Source of the DNA: Methanobacteriota archaeon
Lineage (GTDB): Archaea > Thermoplasmatota > Poseidoniia > Poseidoniales > Poseidoniaceae
Reading direction: 5' to 3'
Assembly: GCA_018662825.1 (NCBI GenBank)
Contig: JABJFI010000065.1
Coordinates: 4,223-68,222 of the forward strand
Length of the DNA stretch: 64,000 bases
Shown here: one piece after another, positions 54,341-62,539 of the stretch
How the letters are laid out: every line of letters begins with the position of its first letter
Position numbering within the stretch: the first letter of the stretch is position 1
Notes under the pieces: generated by a model
The model's input: only the letters and a program-made list of their open reading frames with translations
What the model was told of the DNA's origin: nothing
Databases searched by the model: none
Translations under genes and position numbers: made by a program

Positions 54341-55516
54341 ATGCCAATTAAACTCGGACCTGCGGGCGTACCATTGTCTTGTAAAGGCCGCACAATCGTT
54401 GAAGGAATGGACGATATCATCTCTCTTGGTTTGGAAACAATGGAGGTCCAAACCGTCCGAATGGTTGCTCCACAGCACTTTGAACAATATTGGCAAGCAG
54501 GTGTTCTTGCAAACAAAACTGAATTTGAAATGAATATCCACGGACCCTATTATTCCGAACTTCTTGGCAACCGAGTTGAACGTGGCCGTTCGATGACGAA
54601 AATAGAAACAACTCTACAGGCTGCTCGAACCATCAATGCCCGACACATCACACTTCACGCTGGCCACTATGGCAGTATGCCACCTGGAAGTGCTGCAAAT
54701 GAACAAGTAGCCAATGTCTTCGCTGGCATTGTTGACCGAGTTCACGAAATTTGGCATGATGATGAAGACGATTTCCCAGTTTTCCCATGGATAAAGGATG
54801 GAACCCCCTCTAAAATCGGTATCGAAACTTCAGGTCGCCAAGAATTATGGGGCAGCCTAGAAGAAGTTTTGGAAGTTGTAAATCACGTCGAAGGAACTAT
54901 TCCTGTGCTCAACATCGCACATATCCACGCACGTGGACATGGAAAAATGCGAACTTCGGAAGATTATGGAGAATTATTTGATGAAGTCCGCGAAACCATT
55001 GGAACAAAGGAATTCTACTGTCACTTCTCTGGCGTTGAACATCGTTCTGGAAATGCTATGCACTACACACAAATCAAGAAGTCAGATTTGAACTTCGAAC
55101 CTCTTGCTGAATTTATTGTCGAAGATGGGGGATGGCTTGACATTACCCTCATTTCTGATTCCCCGCTATTGGAACACGATGCAATGTACATGCTACAAAA
55201 CATCGAGAAATCTCGTCACCGCCAACTCGAGCGAAAAGCCCGTGAAGACCGTCGCCGAGCACTTGCTGCCCAAACAGGAACGACTCCTGCTGTATTGGCT
55301 GCTCGTGAAGAAGAACAAGCAAAACTTCGTGAAGATGCGAAGGAAGAAAAAGTGGAAGAGAAACCTGCGGAGAAAGAAAAACCTGCGGAGAAAGAAAAAC
55401 CTGCGAAAAAGAAGGCTCCAGCAAAGAAGAAGGCACCTGCCAAAAAGAAGGCATCAAAGAAAGAGGATGACAATGTTTTCGACCTTGATGAAGAAGACGA
55501 TGATGACTTATTCTGA
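54341..55516 (+). CDS. endonuclease IV-like TIM-barrel (AP endonuclease family 2 / xylose-isomerase-like) protein with Lys/Ala/Pro-rich tail
   Basis: KLGPAGVP, IHGPYYSEL, ITLHAGHY, IGIETSG, NIAHIHARG and HFSGVEH form the family pattern. The C-terminal about 110 aa are charged and low in complexity. Confidence 0.7.
   Translation: MPIKLGPAGVPLSCKGRTIVEGMDDIISLGLETMEVQTVRMVAPQHFEQYWQAGVLANKTEFEMNIHGPYYSELLGNRVERGRSMTKIETTLQAARTINARHITLHAGHYGSMPPGSAANEQVANVFAGIVDRVHEIWHDDEDDFPVFPWIKDGTPSKIGIETSGRQELWGSLEEVLEVVNHVEGTIPVLNIAHIHARGHGKMRTSEDYGELFDEVRETIGTKEFYCHFSGVEHRSGNAMHYTQIKKSDLNFEPLAEFIVEDGGWLDITLISDSPLLEHDAMYMLQNIEKSRHRQLERKAREDRRRALAAQTGTTPAVLAAREEEQAKLREDAKEEKVEEKPAEKEKPAEKEKPAKKKAPAKKKAPAKKKASKKEDDNVFDLDEEDDDDLF
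55358..55450 (+). repeat. coding short tandem repeats (EKPAEK x2.5, KKKAPA x3)
   Basis: aaacctgcggagaaagaa is repeated directly. The repeats produce spurious ORFs in other frames. Confidence 0.85.
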
Positions 55517-55614
55517 ATTTTGAAGATGCCCATCTCCATTCAAAACCGCACCCTAACACCTGCTGTTAGTGACAATTAACATAAGTAAAGTGAGCGGCGT
55601 TCCACTTGTTCTCT

Positions 55615-56613
55615 ATGGCACACATTGCGATTTTAGGTTTGGGAAATTGGGGAACTGCAATTGCTCGTATGTGGTTGGCAGACAACCATCGAGTTAAGGG
55701 TTGGACCATTGAGCAGGAAGTTTACGAATCTATTACAATGGATTCTGTCAATGCTAAATATCTCCCAAACCATCCGGTTGAAGGACTAGAAGCAACAATG
55801 CACATCGAAGAGGCATTGGAAGGTGTCGAAATAATTGTCTTAGCCGTTCCTTCATCGGTCATTCTTGAAGTGGTAGATCAGATAATCCCACATCTTAGAC
55901 CAGGCCATGTATTACTCGACTTAGCCAAAGGTTTAGCTGATGGAAATAAATTGATTTCAGAAGCGATTCAGCAGAAGTTAACCGATGCTGGAAAGACTAA
56001 CACCCTTGCCGTAGTAACTGGACCAACCATTGCTCCCGAGGCGGCAAGTGGAGTCATGACCACAGCACTCGTAGCAAGTGAAGATGTTTCTGTGGCACAA
56101 CAACTCGCTATGACATTAACCACACAAACCTTCATCCTACATCCTGCTGCAGACCCTGCTGGAGCAGAATTATGGGGGGCGTTCAAGAATGTCGTTGCTC
56201 TTGCTTGTGGACTGGTAGATGGCTTGAAGCAAATTGGGACCCTTGGCGGAGATAATCTCAAAGCTGCAATATTCATGGCTGGTTTCAAAGAGGGTTGCCT
56301 CCTACTGCCTCAACTCGGAGCAAAAGCTGAGGTTGCATTCGGACCTGCAGGTTTGGGAGATTTGTATGTTACAGCAACTTCACCTCATGGACGTAATCGT
56401 TCTATGGGTGAAAAGTTAGGTACTGGACTCACCATCGAACAGGCTCTCGAAGAAATGCATATGGTTGCAGAAGGTGTTCGTGCAGCCCGCATGTTTGGCG
56501 AGAGAGCAGAAGATTTCGGGATTGATATTCCTTTCACTAAGGCACTTAACACTTTACTGGACGGCTTTATCGATGCCGAGGAATGTTGTCGAAGAATGGT
56601 TGCACTCCATTGA
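55615..56613 (+). CDS. gpsA: NAD(P)H-dependent sn-glycerol-3-phosphate dehydrogenase
   Basis: IAILGLGNWGTAIA, NAKYLPNHP, GPTIAPE, FKNVVALACG and GLGDLYVTATSPHGRNRSMGEKLG motifs. Confidence 0.9.
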   Translation: MAHIAILGLGNWGTAIARMWLADNHRVKGWTIEQEVYESITMDSVNAKYLPNHPVEGLEATMHIEEALEGVEIIVLAVPSSVILEVVDQIIPHLRPGHVLLDLAKGLADGNKLISEAIQQKLTDAGKTNTLAVVTGPTIAPEAASGVMTTALVASEDVSVAQQLAMTLTTQTFILHPAADPAGAELWGAFKNVVALACGLVDGLKQIGTLGGDNLKAAIFMAGFKEGCLLLPQLGAKAEVAFGPAGLGDLYVTATSPHGRNRSMGEKLGTGLTIEQALEEMHMVAEGVRAARMFGERAEDFGIDIPFTKALNTLLDGFIDAEECCRRMVALH

Positions 56614-56677
56614 ACCAGTTGATTTCTTGCTGCTGTTGAAGCGGTGCTGTTTTGAGGGTAGTCGCTCTGCGGTATTC

Positions 56678-56893
56678 ATGGCGGAGGAATTGACTGAACT
56701 GGAAGCGCGTATCTTTGAATGGATTCGACAATCAGATTTCGAAACCGTTGCTTGGTCAACTCCGAAAGCAGCCAAGTCATTCAAAGTCAAAGAAGATGAA
56801 GTCTACGAAGCAGTTGCGGCATTAACGCGTAAAGTTCCAGACCGAATCCAAGTATTTTACAAACAAGGTTCACTACACATCGCTGCTGAATAA
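56678..56893 (+). CDS. small hypothetical protein (possible winged-helix)
   Basis: 71 aa from ATG 56678. The longer track ORF overlaps gpsA. Prediction is weak and no motif was recognised. Confidence 0.35.
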   Translation: MAEELTELEARIFEWIRQSDFETVAWSTPKAAKSFKVKEDEVYEAVAALTRKVPDRIQVFYKQGSLHIAAE

Positions 56894-57847
56894 TTACTCA
56901 TCTTCTTTGGAAGAACTGGTTTTCATCGGCGTTGTATGGTATTTTGAAGAAATCGAGGCTGGAAGGAATATTGTCGACCAAGATGGTCGTCGTACATCCC
57001 CTTCTTCAGTAACGGTTGAACGAATGGCCATCGAAAGGAAATCGATGAGTACGACGACAATAAAGACGACAAGAAGTAAAGCAACGACTTTATCGTACTG
57101 AGTTAGTTTGAGATAAGTATTGATGTAAAGGCCGATTCCACCAGCACCGACCAATCCAATTACAGTCCCATGCCGGACATTGTACTCAAACATAAACATC
57201 AAATGAGATAACAAGTGATTTGCTGATTCAGGTAAAGCGATGTGCCAGGCGGTTTCTGCACGAGTCATACCCATTGCTTTGGCTGCTTCTAATGGGGCAT
57301 TTTTGAGACCCTCCATCGATTCAAATTGCAACTTTCCAAGGTATCCAACTGTGTAAAAGGTCATAGCAAAAATTCCTGCAAGGGTTCCAACATCAAAGAT
57401 GATCATAAACAGCACCGCCCAGATAATTGACGGCAGGCTTCGCATGGCTGCAAGGATAACTCGAGCAGGGATGGCCATCCAAAGTGGCGAGAGATTATTG
57501 GCTGCCAAAACCGAAAGGGGGAGGGCAAAAACAAACCCAAGTGCGGTTGCAACGAATGCGATTTTTATTGTTTCCACCATTCCAAGCCAAGCTACCGAAC
57601 AGAAGAGTTCAACTTCTTGTTCACATACTGGATAAGATTGTGCTTCTAAAATCGACCAATCAGGAGGCCATAGACTCTCATTGAAAAATATTACAAGATT
57701 TTCCCAGCCCCCACTTAATCGGCCCCAATCTCCAACCATGTCGTTGAAAATATACAGCGCAAGAAGAGAAATTGCTGTTACTATACCCATGAGTTTGCGA
57801 TTCAAGAAACCACCTCTTCGATAAGTTTTCCATCCTTGATTCTCCAA
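56894..57847 (-). CDS. phnE: PhnE-family ABC transporter permease
   Basis: AMRSLPSIIWAVLF..FYTVGYLGKL..EAAKAMG..NVRHGTVIGLVGAGGIGLYI motifs. The start may be ATG 57790. Confidence 0.85.
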   Translation of the reverse strand: MENQGWKTYRRGGFLNRKLMGIVTAISLLALYIFNDMVGDWGRLSGGWENLVIFFNESLWPPDWSILEAQSYPVCEQEVELFCSVAWLGMVETIKIAFVATALGFVFALPLSVLAANNLSPLWMAIPARVILAAMRSLPSIIWAVLFMIIFDVGTLAGIFAMTFYTVGYLGKLQFESMEGLKNAPLEAAKAMGMTRAETAWHIALPESANHLLSHLMFMFEYNVRHGTVIGLVGAGGIGLYINTYLKLTQYDKVVALLLVVFIVVVLIDFLSMAIRSTVTEEGDVRRPSWSTIFLPASISSKYHTTPMKTSSSKEDE

Positions 57848-58473
57848 ATCCTATTAGCTACTTCTTTGGCTAATTTCTCATGATGTTCAACCATAATCAA
57901 AGCCGAATTTTGAGCTCTAATAGTTGCATGAACTGTGCGCATAACCACTTCGACATTGTCGTCGTCAAGTTCTCCTAAGAATTCATCAGCCAGAACTAAT
58001 TTTGGTTTTTGTGCGACTGTTCTTGCTGTTGCTACCCGTCGTTGTTGACCTCCTGACAGAATCCGAACCGGTTGATCGGCGATATCTTCAATCCCCAAAT
58101 GCCTCATGGCCTTGCTGATATCTTCTTCAAACTCTTTGGGCAATGGAAATACTGCTGGCCACCAGCGTGAAGTTCGAACTCGTGCACCCATCGAAACATT
58201 TGCGCGGACACTTAGATTGCCAACTAATCCCAAACGTTGAGGAATGTATCCCAATCCTCCTCGTGACGGAATGGCGAGTTCAATTTCACCTGATAATGGT
58301 CGGATGAGTCCGGAAATTGTTCGCAATAACGTGGTTTTCCCAATACCTGAGGGTCCTAAAATCGCGATAACATCGCCTTCAGAAATTTCAACATTGATGC
58401 CCTCAATTAGAGGAGTATCATACCCAATTGAAACATCGTGGAGATGTGCTAGAACTTCATTCATAATATTCAT
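57802..58473 (-). CDS. phnC: PhnC-family ABC transporter ATP-binding protein
   Basis: Walker A GPSGIGKTT, signature LSGGQQRR and Walker B LVLADE. Start placed at ATG 58473, adjacent to the binding-protein stop. Confidence 0.85.
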   Translation of the reverse strand: MNIMNEVLAHLHDVSIGYDTPLIEGINVEISEGDVIAILGPSGIGKTTLLRTISGLIRPLSGEIELAIPSRGGLGYIPQRLGLVGNLSVRANVSMGARVRTSRWWPAVFPLPKEFEEDISKAMRHLGIEDIADQPVRILSGGQQRRVATARTVAQKPKLVLADEFLGELDDDNVEVVMRTVHATIRAQNSALIMVEHHEKLAKEVANRIWRIKDGKLIEEVVS

Positions 58474-58474
58474 C

Positions 58475-59518
58475 TCAACTGGTTGCTGTATACTTTTCAT
58501 CATAATATGTAGAAATACCAGGCACACTCGATATTAACGAAGAATAGGCACCCAAATGAGCCTCAGCATTGGTAGCGACAATACCTGGGGTATTGAGTAT
58601 TGAGGATAACATGTCCTGTCCTTCTTCACTGTAACTCAAATTTACCAATGCCGAAACAATGGCATCACGTGTCGAATTATCAAGCGTATTTGGCTGATAC
58701 ATCAACGGATGGCTTGGGGCTTGCCCAAATGCTGGAAGTGTAACATAATTCTCTCGAATCAAACACCAATCTTCATTCTCAGAAGGGTTTTCATCGCCAC
58801 AATATGTTTCAATCGTGCTGTCTTTAGCAAATGCCACATCTCCAACACCTTCCGACAAACATTTCAATGCTCCACTATAACCGTAGTAAGGTGTTCCAGA
58901 TTCAGGAATACTCGCATCTTCAGAAAAATAATTGAATATTGTATTTCGAAGTGATTCAATATCATCATCATCCCCGACAACTTCAGCGTATTCTTGCCCA
59001 ATGAAATAGCCCATTGGAATCAACATTCCTGCTGATTTAAGCCAACCAGTATGGCAACTGGTTTGGCCTTCGAGTACAGCAAAGGGGTCAGTGGAATCGT
59101 TTCCATCGTTGAGGGCAATTTCTGCTTCACTACCATTGAGGACCCAAGCATGTGCATTATAGTAAGTTCGTCCGTCAGATTTTTGATCTGCTGCCATCAC
59201 TTCAAGGTCATACATTTTCCAACCAACCCATCCTGCACCACCATCCATGAAGGCTATGTCAGCACTACCAAAACGAAGGGCTTGAAGTGCTAATGCATCA
59301 GATGTAATTGGATAAATTTCAACCTCTACACCTATTTCAGTACTAAGGTAATCAGCTAATTTTTGAGGGTTTTCGCTGAATGAGGTATAGTCATCTTTTA
59401 CTGAAAAAGCAATACGAATGACTTCTTTATCGCTTTTTTCATTGCCGATACAACCGGAAAATGCGGCTATTGAAATAAGAAAAATCATTAGACAAATTTT
59501 GTGATATTGGGCCGTCAT
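58475..59518 (-). CDS. lipoprotein substrate-binding protein, transferrin-like (PhnD/transferrin superfamily)
   Basis: Lipobox AAFSGC. The blocks ADIAFMDGGAG, RTYYNAHAWV, TSCHTGWLKSAGMLIPMG, YYGYSGALKCLSEGVGDVAFAKDSTI and APSHPLM line up with the transferrin N-lobe blocks that carry Asp63, Tyr95, Thr120/Arg124, Tyr188 and His249. Confidence 0.9.
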   Translation of the reverse strand: MTAQYHKICLMIFLISIAAFSGCIGNEKSDKEVIRIAFSVKDDYTSFSENPQKLADYLSTEIGVEVEIYPITSDALALQALRFGSADIAFMDGGAGWVGWKMYDLEVMAADQKSDGRTYYNAHAWVLNGSEAEIALNDGNDSTDPFAVLEGQTSCHTGWLKSAGMLIPMGYFIGQEYAEVVGDDDDIESLRNTIFNYFSEDASIPESGTPYYGYSGALKCLSEGVGDVAFAKDSTIETYCGDENPSENEDWCLIRENYVTLPAFGQAPSHPLMYQPNTLDNSTRDAIVSALVNLSYSEEGQDMLSSILNTPGIVATNAEAHLGAYSSLISSVPGISTYYDEKYTATS

Positions 59519-59529
59519 TGCCTCACCTA

Positions 59530-59545
59530 TTTAGGGTACCCTAAA
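59530..59545. promoter_or_regulatory. perfect 16-bp palindrome TTTAGGGTACCCTAAA (candidate operator, site 1)
   Basis: Read directly. It lies 12 nt upstream of the binding-protein ATG and overlaps the expected transcription start. Confidence 0.5.
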
Positions 59546-59552
59546 ACCGGAG

Positions 59553-59559
59553 GTATATG
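59553..59559 (-). promoter_or_regulatory. candidate TATA-like box (tcatatacc on the minus strand) between the two palindromes
   Basis: The only TATA-like element in the 105-nt upstream region. It sits about 35-40 nt from the ATG. Confidence 0.25.
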
Positions 59560-59562
59560 AAA

Positions 59563-59578
59563 TTTAGGTTGCCCTAAA
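59563..59578. promoter_or_regulatory. near-identical 16-bp palindrome TTTAGGTTGCCCTAAA (candidate operator, site 2)
   Basis: 14 of 16 positions match site 1, and the centres are 33 bp apart. Confidence 0.5.
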
Positions 59579-59623
59579 TCCCCTTTTTCCACGTGCTCAA
59601 ACAAAAATTAAACAGGAGGCTGC

Positions 59624-60520
59624 TTAGATAGAGAGCCAATCAATAACCAAAGCCTCTGAGTATCTGTCATTTGAAAGCCCAGAATGGCCGATAGGACGAA
59701 CAATGACTAAAACATCGAGTTCACCACCCCAATTACTTGTTCCAATGCAGAGAACTTCACCCACTTTCATGCCATTTTCATCAACGCCGATTGAAAGGCT
59801 TCGCAATTCATACAATCGAACACTTACAATTTGGTCAACTGCTTCCTCCGTTGAGACATACCGATGTGTGCCTTCGATTGCCATAGGCTCTAACTTTATT
59901 TCATCAACATCAATACGAAAGGCTGATACTTCTTGATCCAATAATTCTACGGCTTGATTTAGGCGCCCTTGCTCCATGTCAAACAGTGAAGCAAGCCAAA
60001 ATGCCGAAGATTCGGCACCAAATGAACCGTATTGATAGGGAAGTCGGAGCGTTAAGGATTGAATGATTTCCACATCAGCATTTCCAAATCCTTCGGGCAA
60101 CATTAGCCAGGTATACTGTTCCCCTGCCGGATAAAATGGTGCGTTTGGATTCTCTGTAAACAATGGTTGGCCCCATTCCGAAGGAGATTCAGGGGTGGAA
60201 ACTGGCGTAAACCCTCCAAGAGTAAACATCACAGCTAAGCAAACGCTCACCAGTATTCGGGGCCTTTTGTGATGCACCCAAGCCACACGGCCAGCAGGAC
60301 TGAGAACTGATGCAAGAAGCATTATTGGGCCAAGAAGGAGTATTCCACCTGGAATAATCCACATCAAAATAAGTGTAAGTATGAGGGCTTCAAATCCCAG
60401 TGGTCCAAACCCAGTACGCCAATCAAAACGTTCGTCTTGTTTCGAGATTTGGCGTTCGATAAACACGACAATTGCTATTCCCAACACAAGTAATAGTGTC
60501 GGAACAAGGTACCCAATCAT
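59624..60520 (-). CDS. membrane protein of unknown function
   Basis: Start moved to ATG 60520 (MIGYLVPTLLLVLGIAIVVF) to remove the 96-nt overlap with the divergent ABC ATPase gene. It has 4 TM helices and a C-terminal soluble domain. Confidence 0.55.
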   Translation of the reverse strand: MIGYLVPTLLLVLGIAIVVFIERQISKQDERFDWRTGFGPLGFEALILTLILMWIIPGGILLLGPIMLLASVLSPAGRVAWVHHKRPRILVSVCLAVMFTLGGFTPVSTPESPSEWGQPLFTENPNAPFYPAGEQYTWLMLPEGFGNADVEIIQSLTLRLPYQYGSFGAESSAFWLASLFDMEQGRLNQAVELLDQEVSAFRIDVDEIKLEPMAIEGTHRYVSTEEAVDQIVSVRLYELRSLSIGVDENGMKVGEVLCIGTSNWGGELDVLVIVRPIGHSGLSNDRYSEALVIDWLSI

Positions 60521-60619
60521 CTTCAACCCGTCATTGGAAAGGATATGTTTGTCAAGAGTCTTCGGGTTTAATCCAACTTCAAACGGTAGTTTGTCAAACC
60601 TCGACCTCTTCGCCGAGGT

Positions 60620-61645
60620 ATGGAGGAGGTTGTATTGCAACTCAAGGATGCAACTTACCGGCATTCTGTCTACGCACCACTGCCGTTCAAACCATGGCGC
60701 AGAATACGTGGGCAAGGAATTTTTTCAGCCAATCTTTCACTTCACAAAGGTACCATCTTGGGGCTGGTAGGTCCAAACGGCGCAGGTAAAACGACGCTGT
60801 TACGAATGATGGCAGGAATATTGCCATTGCAAGCCGGCTCAGTACATGACGCTGATGAGCATTCAGGAACTGTAATTTCAGATGAACGACTGAGGCATAT
60901 GGTAGGTCATATGCCTGAACAAGTTCGCTGGCAAGGAAGAAATACGGTTCGAAATGCTTTACTAGGAATTGGTGAAATGCGACAAGTAAGTGAATCACGA
61001 ATTGATGGATTGCTCAAACTTGTCGGTTTGCAAAGTCGAATCGATTCACCTTTGAATGAATTGAGCCAAGGGATGCGCCAGCGCCTTACTCTTGCCGCAG
61101 CCTTGCTTGGCTCACCAAAAATCCTCTTACTCGATGAACCGCTCAACGGTCTTGACCCTGTGGCAGCAGCTGCATTTATCGTGTTACTTGGAAAATTAAC
61201 TGAGAAAGGTGTTTCAATCGTTCTTTCTTCCCATCAAGTCGAAGGATTGGTAGAAATCATTGACCGATTAGCCCTTATGCATCGAGGCCAAATCCTTGCA
61301 GAAGGGACAATGCTTGAAGTTGCCAAACACCTCAACCTCGATAAAAAAACTGAAATTACAGGTGAGGGGGACGCACCTGATTTCTCCAAATACACTGTCG
61401 AATACAAGTCCATAGAAATTGAACAATACTCCAATAATTGGAAAGCAGTTCTCCCTAATAGTGGACCTGGTCTATTGAAAAAATTAGTCAATGATGAATT
61501 CGAAATTATTTCGTGGAAAGACCGCCAGCCAAATGTCATAGAAATGCTCTGTGCAGCAACCGGCCAATCCGTTGAGGATGTCGGACTCGAAGTATCTTCT
61601 ACCGCAGTTTTACCCCTTCGCACATTTCGAGGTGAAGAAGAATGA
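60620..61645 (+). CDS. ABC transporter ATP-binding protein with about 110-aa C-terminal extension
   Basis: Walker A GPNGAGKTT, signature LSQGMRQR and Walker B LLLDEP. Confidence 0.85.
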   Translation: MEEVVLQLKDATYRHSVYAPLPFKPWRRIRGQGIFSANLSLHKGTILGLVGPNGAGKTTLLRMMAGILPLQAGSVHDADEHSGTVISDERLRHMVGHMPEQVRWQGRNTVRNALLGIGEMRQVSESRIDGLLKLVGLQSRIDSPLNELSQGMRQRLTLAAALLGSPKILLLDEPLNGLDPVAAAAFIVLLGKLTEKGVSIVLSSHQVEGLVEIIDRLALMHRGQILAEGTMLEVAKHLNLDKKTEITGEGDAPDFSKYTVEYKSIEIEQYSNNWKAVLPNSGPGLLKKLVNDEFEIISWKDRQPNVIEMLCAATGQSVEDVGLEVSSTAVLPLRTFRGEEE

Positions 61646-62472
61646 GTGATTTTTCACGCATAATGTTGTTTGCAAAACGCCTAATGCAAGAGCGATTGTT
61701 TTCAACACGAATGTACATCATGCTTCCAATCTTGTTGTTGTTTATTCCTGGAATGGCTTGGGGTTTTTCAGACCCAAACATTATTCTCCCCGGAGGCCAT
61801 CAACCCGATACCGCTATGGAAGTGCTGTTCTATGCCAGCCTAGGAGTGGTGTTTGGTGCAACCATGTGTGCAGTTTTACTTTCATATGATTCTGTAAGCA
61901 GGGAACGTGCAAGCGGTGTGTTAGAACTACGACTCGCACAACCAATGCCTCGGTCTCATCAAGCTATTGCAATGATTCTTGGTTCATGGAGAGCGATTTT
62001 GATTCCAACATGGATTCTTCTCGTGCTTTCTGTTCTCATCGTTCGCTACCGCATTGGTGAATGGTTATCGATCATCGATTGTTTAGTTTATTTTTCTTCA
62101 ACTGCATTGATTCTTCTTTGGTATGTTTTGTTTACCCTCTTAGCCTCTTCCTACACTCGAGAACAGGGGACTGCAATCTCTTTTGGGATTGGGCTTTGGT
62201 TCCTCTTTACTTTCCTTTGGGCTTTGGTAACGACCATGGTGGCGTATGCATCAGGCGTATCAATTGGACAAGAAAATGATGCTGCATGGATTATGTTAGA
62301 AGGCGGTTTGGATTTACTTTCCCCTAATGGAGTATACCATCATTTACTTGAAACCCGTCTACCGCAAATCGATAGGGGTGTCGCTGTTTGGCAATCTTGG
62401 GCCATGGCATTGGCGTGGACTATCCTGCCATCGTGGCTCTTTGTTAGAAGAATGGAGAAGATTCTCCCCTAA
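61642..62472 (+). CDS. ABC-2-type transporter permease
   Basis: The start overlaps the ATPase stop (ATGA). It has 6 TM helices typical of ABC-2 permeases. Confidence 0.7.
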   Translation: MSDFSRIMLFAKRLMQERLFSTRMYIMLPILLLFIPGMAWGFSDPNIILPGGHQPDTAMEVLFYASLGVVFGATMCAVLLSYDSVSRERASGVLELRLAQPMPRSHQAIAMILGSWRAILIPTWILLVLSVLIVRYRIGEWLSIIDCLVYFSSTALILLWYVLFTLLASSYTREQGTAISFGIGLWFLFTFLWALVTTMVAYASGVSIGQENDAAWIMLEGGLDLLSPNGVYHHLLETRLPQIDRGVAVWQSWAMALAWTILPSWLFVRRMEKILP

Positions 62473-62539
62473 GTGAAATCTGTCTCCAAAGTTACTTTCT
62501 AACGAAAGCCTCTTTGAGGCTGGATGAAGACGGGATGGT

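Noticed and set aside
55104-55559. Three overlapping ORFs (both strands) over the 3' end of the endonuclease IV-like gene
   Set aside because: They are generated by the Lys/Glu/Ala codon repeats, and their translations are low-complexity mirror images of the real tail.
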